Assembly (NCBI GenBank): GCA_964016885.1
Contig: OZ024742.1
Location: forward strand, 370,264,001 to 370,328,000
Source of the DNA: Eledone cirrhosa
Taxonomy: Eukaryota
Length of the DNA: 64,000 nucleotides
Direction: 5' to 3'
Shown: one piece after another, positions 31,701 through 44,563 of the stretch
How the letters are laid out: each line of letters begins with the position of its first letter
Numbering within the stretch: the first letter of the stretch is position 1
The notes under the pieces: generated by a model
Told to the model about the DNA's origin: nothing
The model's database searches: none
What the model saw: the letters and a program-made list of their open reading frames with translations, nothing else
Position numbers and translations under genes: made by a program

Positions 31701-34700
31701 AGAAGAGAGAGAGAGAGAGGCAACAGATGTGGGCTACAATATATATGTATAGAAGAGAGAGAGAGAGAGGGGGGGCAACAGATGTGGGCTACAATATATA
31801 TGTATAGAAGAGAGAGAGAGAGAGGGGCAACAGATGTGGGCTACAATATATATGTATAGAAGAGAGAGAGAGAGGGCAACAGATGTGGGCTACAATATAT
31901 ATGTATAGAAGAGAGAGAGAGAGAGAGGCAACAGATGTGGGCTACAATATATATGTATAGAAGAGAGAGAGAGAGGCAACAGATGTAGGCTACAATATAT
32001 ATGTATAGAAGAGAGAGAGGCAACAGATGTGGGCTACAATAGATATGTATAGAAGAGAGAGAGAGAGGGGCAACAGATGTGGGCTACAATATATATGTAT
32101 AGAAGAGAGAGAGAGAGAGGGGCAACAGATGTGGGCTACAATATATATGTATAGAAGAGGGAGAGAGAGAGGGGCAACAGATGTGGGCTACAATATATAT
32201 GTATAGAAGAGAGAGAGAGAGAGGGGCAACAGATGTGGGCTACAATATATATGTATAGAAGAGAGAGAGAGAGAGAGAGGCAACAGATGTGGGCTACAAT
32301 ATATATGTATAGAAGAGAGAGAGAGAGAGAGAGAGGCAACAGATGTGGGCTACAATATATATGTATAGAAGAGAGAGAGAGAGGCAGCAGATGTGGGCTA
32401 CAATATATATGTATAGAAGAGAGAGAGAGAGAGAGAGAGGCAACAGATGTGGGCTACAATATATATGTATAGAAGAGAGAGAGAGAGGGGCAACAGATGT
32501 GGGCTACAATATATATGTATAGAAGAGAGAGAGAGAGGGGCAACAGATGTGGGCTACAATATATATGTATAGAAGAGAGAGAGAGAGAGAGGCAGCAGAT
32601 GTGGGCTACAATATATATGTATAGAAGAGAGAGAGAGAGAGAGGCAACAGATGTGGGCTACAATATATATGTATAGAAGAGAGAGAGAGAGAGGCAGCAG
32701 ATGTGGGCTACAATATATATGTATAGAAGAGAGAGAGAGAGAGAGAGAGGCAGCAGATGTGGGCTACAATATATATGTATAGAAGAGAGAGAGAGGGGCA
32801 ACAGATGTGGGCTACAATATATATGTATAGAAGAGAGAGAGAGGCAGCAGATGTGGGCTACAATATATATGTATAGAAGAGAGAGAGAGAGAGGGGCAAC
32901 AGATGTGGGCTACAATATATATGTATAGAAGAGAGAGAGAGGGGGGCAACAGATGTGGGCTACAATATATATGTATAGAAGAGAGAGAGAGGGGCAACAG
33001 ATGTGGGCTACAATATATATGTATAGAAGAGAGAGAGAGAGAGAGGCAGCAGATGTGGGATACAATATATATGTATAGAAGAGAGAGAGAGAGAGAGAGG
33101 GGCAACAGATGTGGGCTACAATATATATGTATAGAAGAGAGAGAGAGAGAGAGGCAGCAGATGTGGGCTACAATATATATGTATAGAAGAGAGAGAGAGA
33201 GAGAGAGGGCAACAGATGTGGGCTACAATATATATGTATAGAAGAGAGAGAGAGAGAGAGGCAACAGATGTGGGCTACAATATATATGTATAGAAGAGAG
33301 AGAGAGAGAGAGTCAACAGATGTGGGCTACAATATATATGTATAGAAGAGAGAGAGAGAGAGAGAGAGAGAGGCAGCAGATGTGGGCTACAATATATATG
33401 TATAGAAGAGAGAGAGAGAGAGAGGCAGCAGATGTGGGCTACAATATATATGTATAGAAGAGAGAGAGAGAGGCAACAGATATGGGCTACAATATATATG
33501 TATAGAAGAGAGAGAGAGAGGCAACAGATGTGGGCTACAATATATATGTATAGAAGAGAGAGAGAGAGGGGGGCAACAGATGTGGGCTACAATATATATG
33601 TATAGAAGAGAGAGAGAGAGGCAGCAGATGTGGGCTACAATATATATGTATAGAAGAGAGAGAGAGAGAGAGGGGCAACAGATGTGGGCTACAATATATA
33701 TGTATAGAAGAGAGAGAGAGAGGCAGCAGATGTGGGCTTCAATATATATGTATAGAAGAGAGAGAGAGAGAGAGGGGCAACAGATGTGGGCTACAATATA
33801 TATGTATAGAAGAGAGAGAGAGAGGCAGCAGATGTGGGCTTCAATATATATGTATAGAAGAGAGAGACAGGGGCAACAGATGTGGGCTACAATATATATG
33901 TATAGAAGAGAGAGAGAGAGGGGGGCAACAGATGTGGGCTACAATATATATGTATAGAAGAGAGAGAGAGAGGGGCAACAGATGTGGGCTACAATATATA
34001 TGTATAGAAGAGAGAGAGAGGGGCAACAGATGTGGGCTACAATATATATGTATAGAAGAGAGAGAGAGAGGGGCAACAGATGTGGGCTACAATATATATG
34101 TATAGAAGAGAGAGAGAGGGCAACAGATGTGGGCTACAATATATATGTATAGAAGAGAGAGAGAGAGAGGGGCAACAGATGTGGGCTACAATATATATGT
34201 ATAGAAGAGAGAGAGAGGGGCAACAGATGTGGGCTACAATATATATGTATAGAAGAGAAAAGAGAGAGGGGCAACAGATGTGGGCTACAATATATATGTA
34301 TAGAAGAGAGAGAGAGAGAGGGGCAACAGATGTGGGCTACAATATATATGTATAGAAGAGAGAGAGAGAGAGGGGGGGGGCAACAGATGTGGGCTACAAT
34401 ATATATGTATAGACGAGAGAGAGGGGCAACAGATGTGGGCTACAATATATATGTATAGAAGAGAGAGAGAGGGGCAACAGATGTGGGCTACAATATATAT
34501 GTATAGAAGAGAGAGAGAGGCAACAGATGTGGGCTACAATATATATGTATAGAAGAGAGAGAGAGAGGCAACAGATGTGGGCTACAATATATATGTATAG
34601 AAGAGAGAGAGAGAGGCAACAGATGTGGGCTACAATATATATGTATAGAAGAGAGAGAGAGAGGGGCAACAGATGTGGGCTACAATATATATGTATAGAA

Positions 34701-37700
34701 GAGAGAGAGAGAGAGGGGCAACAGATGTGGGCTACAATATATATGTATAGAAGAGAGAGAGAGAGAGGGGCAACAGATGTGGGCTACAATATATATGTAT
34801 AGAAGAGAGAGAGAGAGAGGGGCAACAGATGTGGGCTACAATATATATGTATAGAAGAGAGAGAGAGAGAGAGGCAACAGATGTGGGCTACAATATATAT
34901 GTATAGAAGAGAGAGAGAGAGAGAGAGAGGCAACAGATGTGGGCTACAATATATATGTATAGAAGAGAGAGAGAGGCAGCAGATGTGGGCTACAATATAT
35001 ATGTATAGGAGAGAGAGAGAGAGAGGGGCAACAGATGTGGGCTACAATATATATGTATAGAAGAGAGAGAGAGAGAGGGGCAACAGATGTGGGCTACAAT
35101 ATATATGTATAGAAGAGAGAGAGAGAGGGGCAACAGATGTGGGCTACAATATATATGTATAGAAGAGAGAGAGAGAGAGAGGCAGCAGATGTGGGCTACA
35201 ATATATATGTATAGAAGAGAGAGAGAGGGGGGCAACAGATGTGGGCTACAATATATATGTATAGAAGAGAGAGAGAGAGAGAGGGGCAACAGATGTGGGC
35301 TACAATATATATGTATAGAAGAGAGAGAGAGAGGGGCAACAGATGTGGGCTACAATATATATGTATAGAAGAGAGAGAGAGAGAGAGGCAGCAGATGTGG
35401 GCTACAATATATATGTATAGAAGAGAGAGAGGGGCAACAGATGTGGGCTACAATATATATGTATAGAAGAGAGAGAGAGAGAGAGAGAGGGGCAACAGAT
35501 GTGGGCTACAATATATATGTATAGAAGAGAGAGAGAGAGAGGGGCAGCAGATGTGGGCTACAATATATATGTATAGAAGAGAGAGAGAGAGAGGGGCAAC
35601 AGATGTGAGCTACGATATATATGTATAGAAGAGAGAGAGAGAGGGGCAACAGATGTGGGCTACAATATATATGTATACAAGAGAGAGAGAGAGAGGGGCA
35701 ACAGATGTGGGCTACAATATATATGTATAGAAGAGAGAGAGGCAACAGATGTGGGCTACAATATATATGTATAGAAGAGAGAGAGAGAGAGGGGCAACAG
35801 ATGTGGGCTACAATATATATGTATAGAAGAGAGAGAGGCAACAGATGTGGGCTACAATATATATGTATAGAAGAGAGAGAGAGAGGGGCAACAGATGTGG
35901 GCTACAATACATATGTATAGAAGAGAGAGAGAGAGAGGGGCAACAGATGTGGGCTACAATATATATGTATAGAAGAGAGAGAGAGAGGCAACAGATGTGG
36001 GCTACAATATATATGTATAGAAGAGAGAGAGAGAGAGAGGGGCAACAGATGTGGGCTACAATATATGTGTATAGAAGAGAGAGAGAGAGAGAGGCAACAG
36101 ATGTGGGCTACAATATATATGTATAGAAGAGAGAGAGAGAGAGGGGCAACAGATGTGGGCTACAATATATATGTATAGAAGAGAGAGAGAGAGAGGGGGG
36201 GGGCAACAGATGTGGGCTACAATATATATGTATAGACGAGAGAGAGGGGCAACAGATGTGGGCTACAATATATATGTATAGAAGAGAGAGAGAGGGGCAA
36301 CAGATGTGGGCTACAATATATATGTATAGAAGAGAGAGAGAGGCAACAGATGTGGGCTACAATATATATGTATAGAAGAGAGAGAGAGAGGCAACAGATG
36401 TGGGCTACAATATATATGTATAGAAGAGAGAGAGAGAGGCAACAGATGTGGGCTACAATATATATGTATAGAAGAGAGAGAGAGAGGGGCAACAGATGTG
36501 GGCTACAATATATATGTATAGAAGAGAGAGAGAGAGAGGGGCAACAGATGTGGGCTACAATATATATGTATAGAAGAGAGAGAGAGAGAGGGGCAACAGA
36601 TGTGGGCTACAATATATATGTATAGAAGAGAGAGAGAGAGAGGGGCAACAGATGTGGGCTACAATATATATGTATAGAAGAGAGAGAGAGAGAGAGGCAA
36701 CAGATGTGGGCTACAATATATATGTATAGAAGAGAGAGAGAGAGAGAGAGAGGCAACAGATGTGGGCTACAATATATATGTATAGAAGAGAGAGAGAGGC
36801 AGCAGATGTGGGCTACAATATATATGTATAGGAGAGAGAGAGAGAGAGGGGCAACAGATGTGGGCTACAATATATATGTATAGAAGAGAGAGAGAGAGAG
36901 GGGCAACAGATGTGGGCTACAATATATATGTATAGAAGAGAGAGAGAGAGGGGCAACAGATGTGGGCTACAATATATATGTATAGAAGAGAGAGAGAGAG
37001 AGAGGCAGCAGATGTGGGCTACAATATATATGTATAGAAGAGAGAGAGAGGGGGGCAACAGATGTGGGCTACAATATATATGTATAGAAGAGAGAGAGAG
37101 AGAGAGGGGCAACAGATGTGGGCTACAATATATATGTATAGAAGAGAGAGAGAGAGGGGCAACAGATGTGGGCTACAATATATATGTATAGAAGAGAGAG
37201 AGAGAGAGAGGCAGCAGATGTGGGCTACAATATATATGTATAGAAGAGAGAGAGGGGCAACAGATGTGGGCTACAATATATATGTATAGAAGAGAGAGAG
37301 AGAGAGAGAGAGGGGCAACAGATGTGGGCTACAATATATATGTATAGAAGAGAGAGAGAGAGAGGGGCAGCAGATGTGGGCTACAATATATATGTATAGA
37401 AGAGAGAGAGAGAGAGGGGCAACAGATGTGAGCTACGATATATATGTATAGAAGAGAGAGAGAGAGGGGCAACAGATGTGGGCTACAATATATATGTATA
37501 CAAGAGAGAGAGAGAGAGGGGCAACAGATGTGGGCTACAATATATATGTATAGAAGAGAGAGAGGCAACAGATGTGGGCTACAATATATATGTATAGAAG
37601 AGAGAGAGAGAGAGGGGCAACAGATGTGGGCTACAATATATATGTATAGAAGAGAGAGAGGCAACAGATGTGGGCTACAATATATATGTATAGAAGAGAG

Positions 37701-39320
37701 AGAGAGAGGGGCAACAGATGTGGGCTACAATATATATGTATAGAAGAGAGAGAGAGAGAGGGGCAACAGATGTGGGCTACAATATATATGTATAGAAGAG
37801 AGAGAGAGAGGCAACAGATGTGGGCTACAATATATATGTATAGAAGAGAGAGAGAGAGAGAGGGGCAACAGATGTGGGCTACAATATATGTGTATAGAAG
37901 AGAGAGAGAGAGAGAGGCAACAGATGTGGGCTACAATATATATGTATAGAAGAGAGAGAGAGAGAGGAGCAACAGATGTGGGCTACAATATATATGTATA
38001 GAAGAGAGAGAGAGAGGCAGCAGATGTGGGCTACAATATATATGTATAGAAGAGAGAGAGAGAGGCAGCAGATGTGGGCTACAATATATATGTATAGAAG
38101 AGAGAGAGAGAGGGGGGCAACAGATGTGGGCTACAATATATATGTATAGAAGAGAGAGAGGCAACAGATGTGGGCTACAATATATATGTATAGAAGAGAG
38201 AGAGAGGGGCAACAGATGTGGGCTACAATATATATGTATAGAAGAGAGAGAGAGGGGCAACAGATGTGGGCTACAATATATATGTATAGAAGAGAGAGAG
38301 AGAGAGAGGGGCAACAGATGTGGGCTACAATATATATGTATAGAAGAGAGAGAGAGAGAGAGGGGCAACAGATGTGGGCTACAATATATATGTATAGAAG
38401 AGAGAGAGAGAGGGGCAACAGATGTGGGCTACAATATATATGTATAGAAGAGAGAGAGAGAGAGAGAGAGGGGCAACAGATGTGGGCTACAATATATATG
38501 TATAGAAGAGAGAGAGAGAGAGGGGCAACAGATGTGGGCTACAATATATATGTATAGAAGAGAGAGAGAGAGAGGGGCAACAGATGTGGGCTACAATATA
38601 TATGTATAGAAGAGAGAGAGAGAGGGGCAACAGATGTGGGCTACAATATATATGTATAGAAGAGAGAGGGGGGCAACAGATGTGGGCTACAATATATATG
38701 TATAGAAGAGAGAGAGAGGGGCAACAGATGTGGGCTACAATATATATGTATAGAAGAGAGAGAGAGAGAGAGGGGCAACAGATGTGGGCTACAATATATA
38801 TGTATAGAAGAGAGAGAGAGAGGCAGCAGATGTGGGCTACAATATATATGTATAGAAGAGAGAGAGAGAGAGAGGGGCAACAGATGTGGGCTACAATATA
38901 TATGTATAGAAGAGAGAGAGAGAGAGGGGCAACAGATGTGGGCTACAATATATATGTATAGAAGAGAGAGAGGGCAACAGATGTGGGCTACAATATATAT
39001 GTATAGAAGAGAGAGAGAGAGAGGGGCAACAGATGTGGGCTACAATATATATGTATAGAAGAGAGAGAGAGAGAGGGGCAACAGATGTGGGCTACAATAT
39101 ATATGTATAGAAGAGAGAGAGAGAGGGGCAACAGATGTGGGCTACAATATATATGTATAGAAGAGAGAGAGAGAGGCAACAGATATGGGCTACAATATAT
39201 ATGTATAGAAGAGAGAGAGAGAGAGAGGCAACAGATGTGGGCTACAATATATATGTATAGAAGAGAGAGAGAGGGGCAACAGATGTGGGCTACAATATAT
39301 ATGTATAGAAGAGAGAGAGG
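25715..39320. repeat. Giant compound minisatellite C: core GGCA(A/G)CAGATGTGGGCTACAATATATATGTATAGAA plus variable (GA)n; units ~44-58 bp, ~275 copies
   Basis: Continuous tandem array. All MWATIYMYRRERE / LLYIYIVAHICC ORFs are translations of it. Confidence 0.98.
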
Positions 39321-39509
39321 AGGGCTGAGCGGCTGTTACAGTTATAGAGAAAGAAAACATGGTTAGTAACAAAAGATTAAATATTGGTCCTTCAATTTAA
39401 AATGTAGTTCTCAGATTTAATTCTTGTAAAAGGTGATATGTTCCAGTTGTAGTCACTGCAGGGCTTTTTTAAAGACATGACAAGTGTTCTAGTATGCCAA
39501 AGTGGTAAC

Positions 39510-39830
39510 ATTGGTACCACAATACATAACCCCTAGTCCACTCTGTAAAGTGGTAGTAGTGGTGACAACATATAGCACCCAGTCCACTCTGTAAAGTGGA
39601 AGTACTGGTGACAACATATAGCACCCAGTCCACTCTGTAAAGTGGTAGTACTGGTGCCACAACATTTTGCACCCAGTCCACTCTGTAAAGTGGTAGTACT
39701 GGTGCCACTATAGAAAGCACCCAATCAGGTAGTAGTTGTGATGCCACAATAAAATGTACCCACTACATGAAGTAGCTGGCATTAGGAATGACCACATACC
39801 ATATAAACCATGCTAGAATGGAACATATGG
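39510..39830 (+). mobile_element. SINE 3' fragment with internal 46-48-bp tandem amplification (x4)
   Basis: ctctgtaaagtgg at 39541, 39587, 39633 and 39681; unit gcacccagtccactctgtaaagtggtagtactggtg; followed by ggcattaggaa and aaccatgctagaatggaa. Confidence 0.75.
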
Positions 39831-39884
39831 GCATCACATTAAAGGTACCAGGTGTTAAACTAGGCAACAGATTAAATCTACCAC

Positions 39885-40110
39885 CCAAGTAGGTCTTGGC
39901 AGGATTTGAACTCAGAACACTAAGAACAAATACTGCAAGGCATCTTTCCCAATGTTCTATCAATTCCACCAATTCACCACTCTGAAAAGGAACTTTATTT
40001 TATTGATTCCAAAATGATGAAAGGCAAAGTTGAGCTCAGCAGGACTTATATTCAGAACACAGAGAGCTGGAACAAATACAGAAGGGACCTTGTCTTGTGT
40101 CCTAATGGCA
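39885..40110 (-). mobile_element. Two degenerate copies of a second tRNA-derived SINE family (B box GAGTTCAAATCC; gcctttcatc central motif)
   Basis: ggcaggatttgaactcagaac (39898) and gatgaaaggcaaagttgagctcagcagg (40016); homologous to the copies at 44940 and 54080. Confidence 0.65.
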
Positions 40111-40514
40111 CCAATACACTGCCATTTCACATTTTAGTAACCTGTGATTTCACTTTTCCTCAATTGAAAAGCTGATAAAATATTTACCAGAAAAGGTTCT
40201 GGGATCAATGTATGTAAAGAACCCTTGTTGGCAGTGACTCAGCATGGCTGCAGTCTGATCACTAAAACCAATAATTGATTAACCATCTCTAAAGAGCTGG
40301 TTTCTATTCCACTACAACAATTTCTAGAAATAGAAATGGTTGTATAGTCTTGAAATTCCTGAGAGAGTCGTAGGGGTGGTGTATTGGCAAATGGCATTTC
40401 TTGGGAATTTTTAAGCCTGGCGGAGCCCATCCCCTCCCCAGGTTTGAATACAGAAGATTTCTTCCAGAGAAGGATAGAGCGTGAGAAAATGGAAGTGAGA
40501 AAGAATTAGGAAGA

Positions 40515-40652
40515 ATCAACCCCAGTACTAGATTGGTATTTTTGTTATTGACCTTGAAAGGATGAAAGGCAAAGTTGACCTTGGCAGGATTTGAACTCAG
40601 AATGTGAAGTGTTGTAACCATTCTGAATGTTGTCCGACACTCTACCAATTCT
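40515..40652 (-). mobile_element. SINE copy, second family
   Basis: aaccccagtac...gaaaggatgaaaggcaaagttgaccttggcaggatttgaactcagaatgt...ctctaccaattct. Confidence 0.75.
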
Positions 40653-40918
40653 CTACTTAATAAATAACGTGATGCTGTCCTCTTCCTTCTCTAGGGGTTT
40701 ATAAGATAAACTTGTTAGACTATTCATAGCTTGTGGTTATATGGACACCTAAAGCATGGTAAATGCTACCAAGTCATACTCTACTACAAGTGGTTGATGT
40801 AGTTTTACATATGTTAACATATTGATAGCACCCAATTCCCAACCCAAACCAGCTTTGGTTCTATCAATCAAAACCCATTTCAAAAGGTTCCTGTTTAAAT
40901 TAAAATCTTCAAACATTA

Positions 40919-41407
40919 TCTATATATATAAAGTTGTAGTTCCTGTCTGTTCACGAACTCCTCCTATGGTTTTGGAGATAGACCCCCATAACCATATATA
41001 TTCTGAAACTACATTGCCCAGGGTACTTGGATAAGTATATTTCATTTTAATCAAAGGGTTCCCCGGGGGCACAAAACCCTGCTGAAAAATGTTACCCTTC
41101 GATTTATATGAAATTTAAACCATAGGTAAATGACAAGATATGATGCCTATTCACAAAAGCTTTGAATTGATATTTTGAAAAAAATTATTTACAAGAAACA
41201 AAATAAGAATAAGATTTAATAATGTAATTTTAATTTGATATATTCCAAAAATAATGTTTTCCAATTTTTCATGCATTACATTTTACATTGAGTAATATTG
41301 AAATGCAGAGTTTTTCTCCATAAATTATATCACTGATTTAAAATCAATCATCATTTTCTTACAAAAAAAATGTGTGAAACGCAGCAAGGCGCAGGTAATT
41401 CGGCTAG
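40919..41407 (+). mobile_element. Non-autonomous Helitron-like element (~489 bp)
   Basis: 5' a|TCTATATATATAAAG; 3' GC-rich subterminal hairpin-like cgcagcaaggcgcagg followed by ...ggCTAG|t; sits between A and T with no TSD. Confidence 0.62.
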
Positions 41408-41754
41408 TATATATAAAAACCATGTTTCGTTGCTATCTAGTGCTTAAATAATAATTTCAGAAAATCTCTCAAAATGTTTCATAAATAACAATATAACATA
41501 TTCCATAAGAAATAAGGTCACAAAAGGGTTAACTTCTCTATCACTTCTAGTTAGCTGCATTCATTATACTAACACTAACTTATTATTTCGGAGGAGGAGA
41601 GGGGTGGGGGGTGGGTAATGTTAATGGTTTAATTAGTGGAGGAAGGGTGCAGCCTATGACCCTTTTAAAGAGCTTCCAAAGCAGGAAGAATTTAATACCA
41701 TGTTGGAACACACTAAAGCCACCCTGCACCAGTGGAACGGTTTAGGTTATATGT

Positions 41755-41814
41755 ACACAGAAACACACATACAGATATACACACACACACACAAATACAC
41801 ACACACACACACAA

Positions 41815-41852
<38 letters not shown>

Positions 41853-41906
41853 ACAAATATACACACACAGATATACACACACACAGATATACACACACAA
41901 GACACA
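41755..41906. repeat. (CA)n microsatellite, degenerate
   Basis: Directly visible. Confidence 0.9.
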
Positions 41907-41987
41907 CCAGTAAATGTTGTGTTAACATTGAAACATGTTTAATACTGTATCAGAAAGCTTTTCATGTCAAATCCGTCCAAACCAGGA

Positions 41988-42150
41988 AGGGGCGGGGGTA
42001 GTGTGAGGAAGAGGTGATAGTGACGGGGGGGGGTAGTGTGAGGAAGAGGTAATAGTGACAGGGGAGAGGTAGTGTGAGGAAAAGGTGATAGTGACAGGGG
42101 AGGGGTAGTGTGAGGAAGAGGTGATAGTGGCCGGGGGGGGGGGGGGGGTA
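41988..42150. repeat. 35-36-bp G-rich minisatellite (GGGGTAGTGTGAGGAAGAGGTGATAGTGACAGGGGA), 4 copies, ending in a long G-run
   Basis: gtgtgagg at 42001, 42036, 42072 and 42108. Confidence 0.9.
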
Positions 42151-42649
42151 CGTTCTTGTTTAAACAGGTAATTAAAACAATCTTTTTTTCCTCCCATCTG
42201 TCATGTCACACACACACTGCACACGTCACACACACGCTGCACATGTTACACTGCACACACACACACACACACTGCACATACACACACACAAACTAAACAG
42301 ATGCACACATGCACAATTAGAAACTCATACGTGTGTGTGTGTGTGTGTACATACATATACATGCATATATATATATATACACACACACACAGGAATGTAG
42401 TAATTCACATTCAGTTTTGTCCTATTAAAAACACTGGTGACAAATAATAATACTACTACTACTAATAAGAATGTTTCACCCCAGCCACCCCCAACAGGTA
42501 GCATATGTTACAGATATTAACTGATAAAAATAGCCAGGATGTTTTAACAAAATACCAGACAATCATCAATAATTTTGTCAATTTTGTTGTAGTGACCCTC
42601 ATTGAAACAAGTGACACAATTTGTAATATCTACTCTAAACTCTTGTTAA

Positions 42650-42965
42650 CATCATCATCATCACCATTTAACGTCTATCTTCCATGCAAGCATAGGTTAG
42701 ACGGGAGTTGTCCCACTTGAGGCAAGGCTGGTCGGGTGACTGTGTCTCGCTCATATAGGACTATCAGGCAGGTTTTCTAAGGTTGGATGCCTTTCCTAAA
42801 ACCAACCACATTTACAGTGTGGACTGCAAGCCTTTTTACCGTGTTACCAACATGGCCACATCACAGCGTGGACTGTGTGTTTTTTTGTTGTGACACCTAC
42901 ACGACCTCATTAGTTTGGACTGGATGTTGTGGTACCAACATAACTTTACAGAGAAAGGGTGGTGT
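42650..42965 (-). mobile_element. RTE-tailed SINE copy (reverse), paralogous to 50252-50558
   Basis: (cat)n, tttaacgtctatcttccatgcaagcataggttagacggg ... ggatgcctttcctaaaaccaaccac. Confidence 0.75.
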
Positions 42966-43361
42966 TAACATATTTCTAATAATCCCTTCCTTTTCTGTTT
43001 TTAAATATTTAGGGTGTTTTTCTAATTATTTTAGTCATTCATTCATGTAGTTATTAAATTGGGTATAGTATCAGTAATTGGAAAGACCAATAGAAACATT
43101 GTTTCCTTCGATCTGACAAGTTCCACCCCATGCAGTCTGGGATCTTGTTTAGATTTGCTTTCCCTGAGGAACAGGTAACTTCTAACAAATTCTAATTCAA
43201 CTAAAAGCAAAAGACACCAAAGTGTACGACACCCCAAACAATATGTACAGTTCATAGGCTGACTATGAAGCAATAGTGAGCTGTGAAACCTTACATGCAT
43301 TAATTTCAACTCTTATTAATTACTGCATTGTTTCTTTCTGCGGACAATGTTAAAAAATAAA

Positions 43362-43467
43362 CCTCATTTGGTCATCCCATGAGAGTATCTTGGTCAGCCT
43401 ATGAACCTACCAGGTGACCCTCATTTGGTCAATCCATGAGAGTATCTTGGTCAGCCTATCAACCTAC
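43362..43467. repeat. Direct duplication, 57-bp period, 2 copies
   Basis: cctcatttggtca..ccatgagagtatcttggtcagcctat.aacctac at 43362 and 43419. Confidence 0.9.
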
Positions 43468-43659
43468 TGTAAATTATCAGACACAACTGTACAGTTCTAT
43501 ACTACTATTACAACAGTACCAACATGGTATGTGTTGCAACTGGCCATTCTTCTCAGAGCTCTTAACGACTAGTCTAAAATGTCACTTTTCCTACTATAGA
43601 AAACATTAAACTTATATTTCTTTATTGTACTCTATTGTTTGCTGTTGTTTCCCTATACT

Positions 43660-44282
43660 TGTGTGTGTGTGTGTGTGTGTGTTAGTGAGAGTGTGTGTGT
43701 GTGAGTGAGTGTGTGTGAGTGTGAGTGAGTGAGTGTGAGTGTGTGAGTGTGAGTGTGTGTGTGTGAGTGTGTGTGTGTGTGAGTGTGTGTGAGTGTGTGT
43801 GTGTGTGTGTGAGTGTGAGTGTGAGAGTGTGTGAGTGAGTGTGTGAGTGAGTGAGTGAGTGAGTGTGTGAGTGTGTGTGTGAGTGTGTGAGTGAGTGTGT
43901 GAGTGTGTGTGTGAGTGTGTGAGTGAGTGTGTGAGTGTGTGTGTGTGTGAGTGTGTGAGTGTGTGTGTGAGTGTGTGTGTGAGTGAGTGTGTGTGTGAGT
44001 GTGTGTGTGAGTGTGTGTGAGTGAGTGTGTGAGTGAGTGTGTGAGTGTGTGTGTGAGTGAGTGTGTGAGTGTGAGTGTGTGAGTGTGAGTGTGTGAGTGA
44101 GTGTGTGAGTGAGTGTGTATGTGAGTGTGTGTGTGTGAGTGAGTGTGAGTGAGTGTGTGAGTGTGTGTGTGAGTGAGTGTGTGAGTGTGTGAGTGAGTGT
44201 GTGAGTGAGTGTGTATGTGAGTGTGTGTGTGAGTGTGTGAGTGTGTGTGTGTGAGTGAGTGTGAGTGAGTGTGTGAGTGTGT
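43660..44282. repeat. (GT)n/(GAGT)n compound microsatellite
   Basis: Directly visible; source of the HTHS-rich ORFs. Confidence 0.95.
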
Positions 44283-44563
44283 ACACAAAAATGTGTGGAA
44301 GCAATGAAGGAGTGAAAACAGAATTATTGTAAAAACAAAAGAGTAAAAAATAAATTAGGTTGATTCATGTTAAACTGTTGGTTTAACTGGAGGGAAATAT
44401 ACACACATATACACACACATATATACAGACACACATATATATACACACACATATATACATACACACACACACAGAGCCTTCCACCACCGCCACCCAGTAT
44501 AATTAATCTACTAATCATCTAACAACATATACACCACAACTGACTCAACTAATCACTGACACC

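Noticed and set aside
25712-39372. Dozens of ORFs (MWATIYMYRRERE..., LLYIYIVAHICC...) as genes, or the array as a CRISPR
   Set aside because: They are translations of the satellite, with frame set by (GA)n length; the linkers are pure GA.
40239-40648. ORFs 40239-40430 and 40304-40648 as genes
   Set aside because: They partly overlap a SINE, have no domain signature, and their length is compatible with chance.
43043-43470. Host-gene exon on the minus strand (ORF 43043-43309; AG/GT-like signals near 43290-43340)
   Set aside because: The candidate exon has stops in all three frames and the ORF has no recognisable motif.
43612-44304. His/Thr-rich proteins
   Set aside because: Translations of a (GT)/(GAGT) microsatellite.
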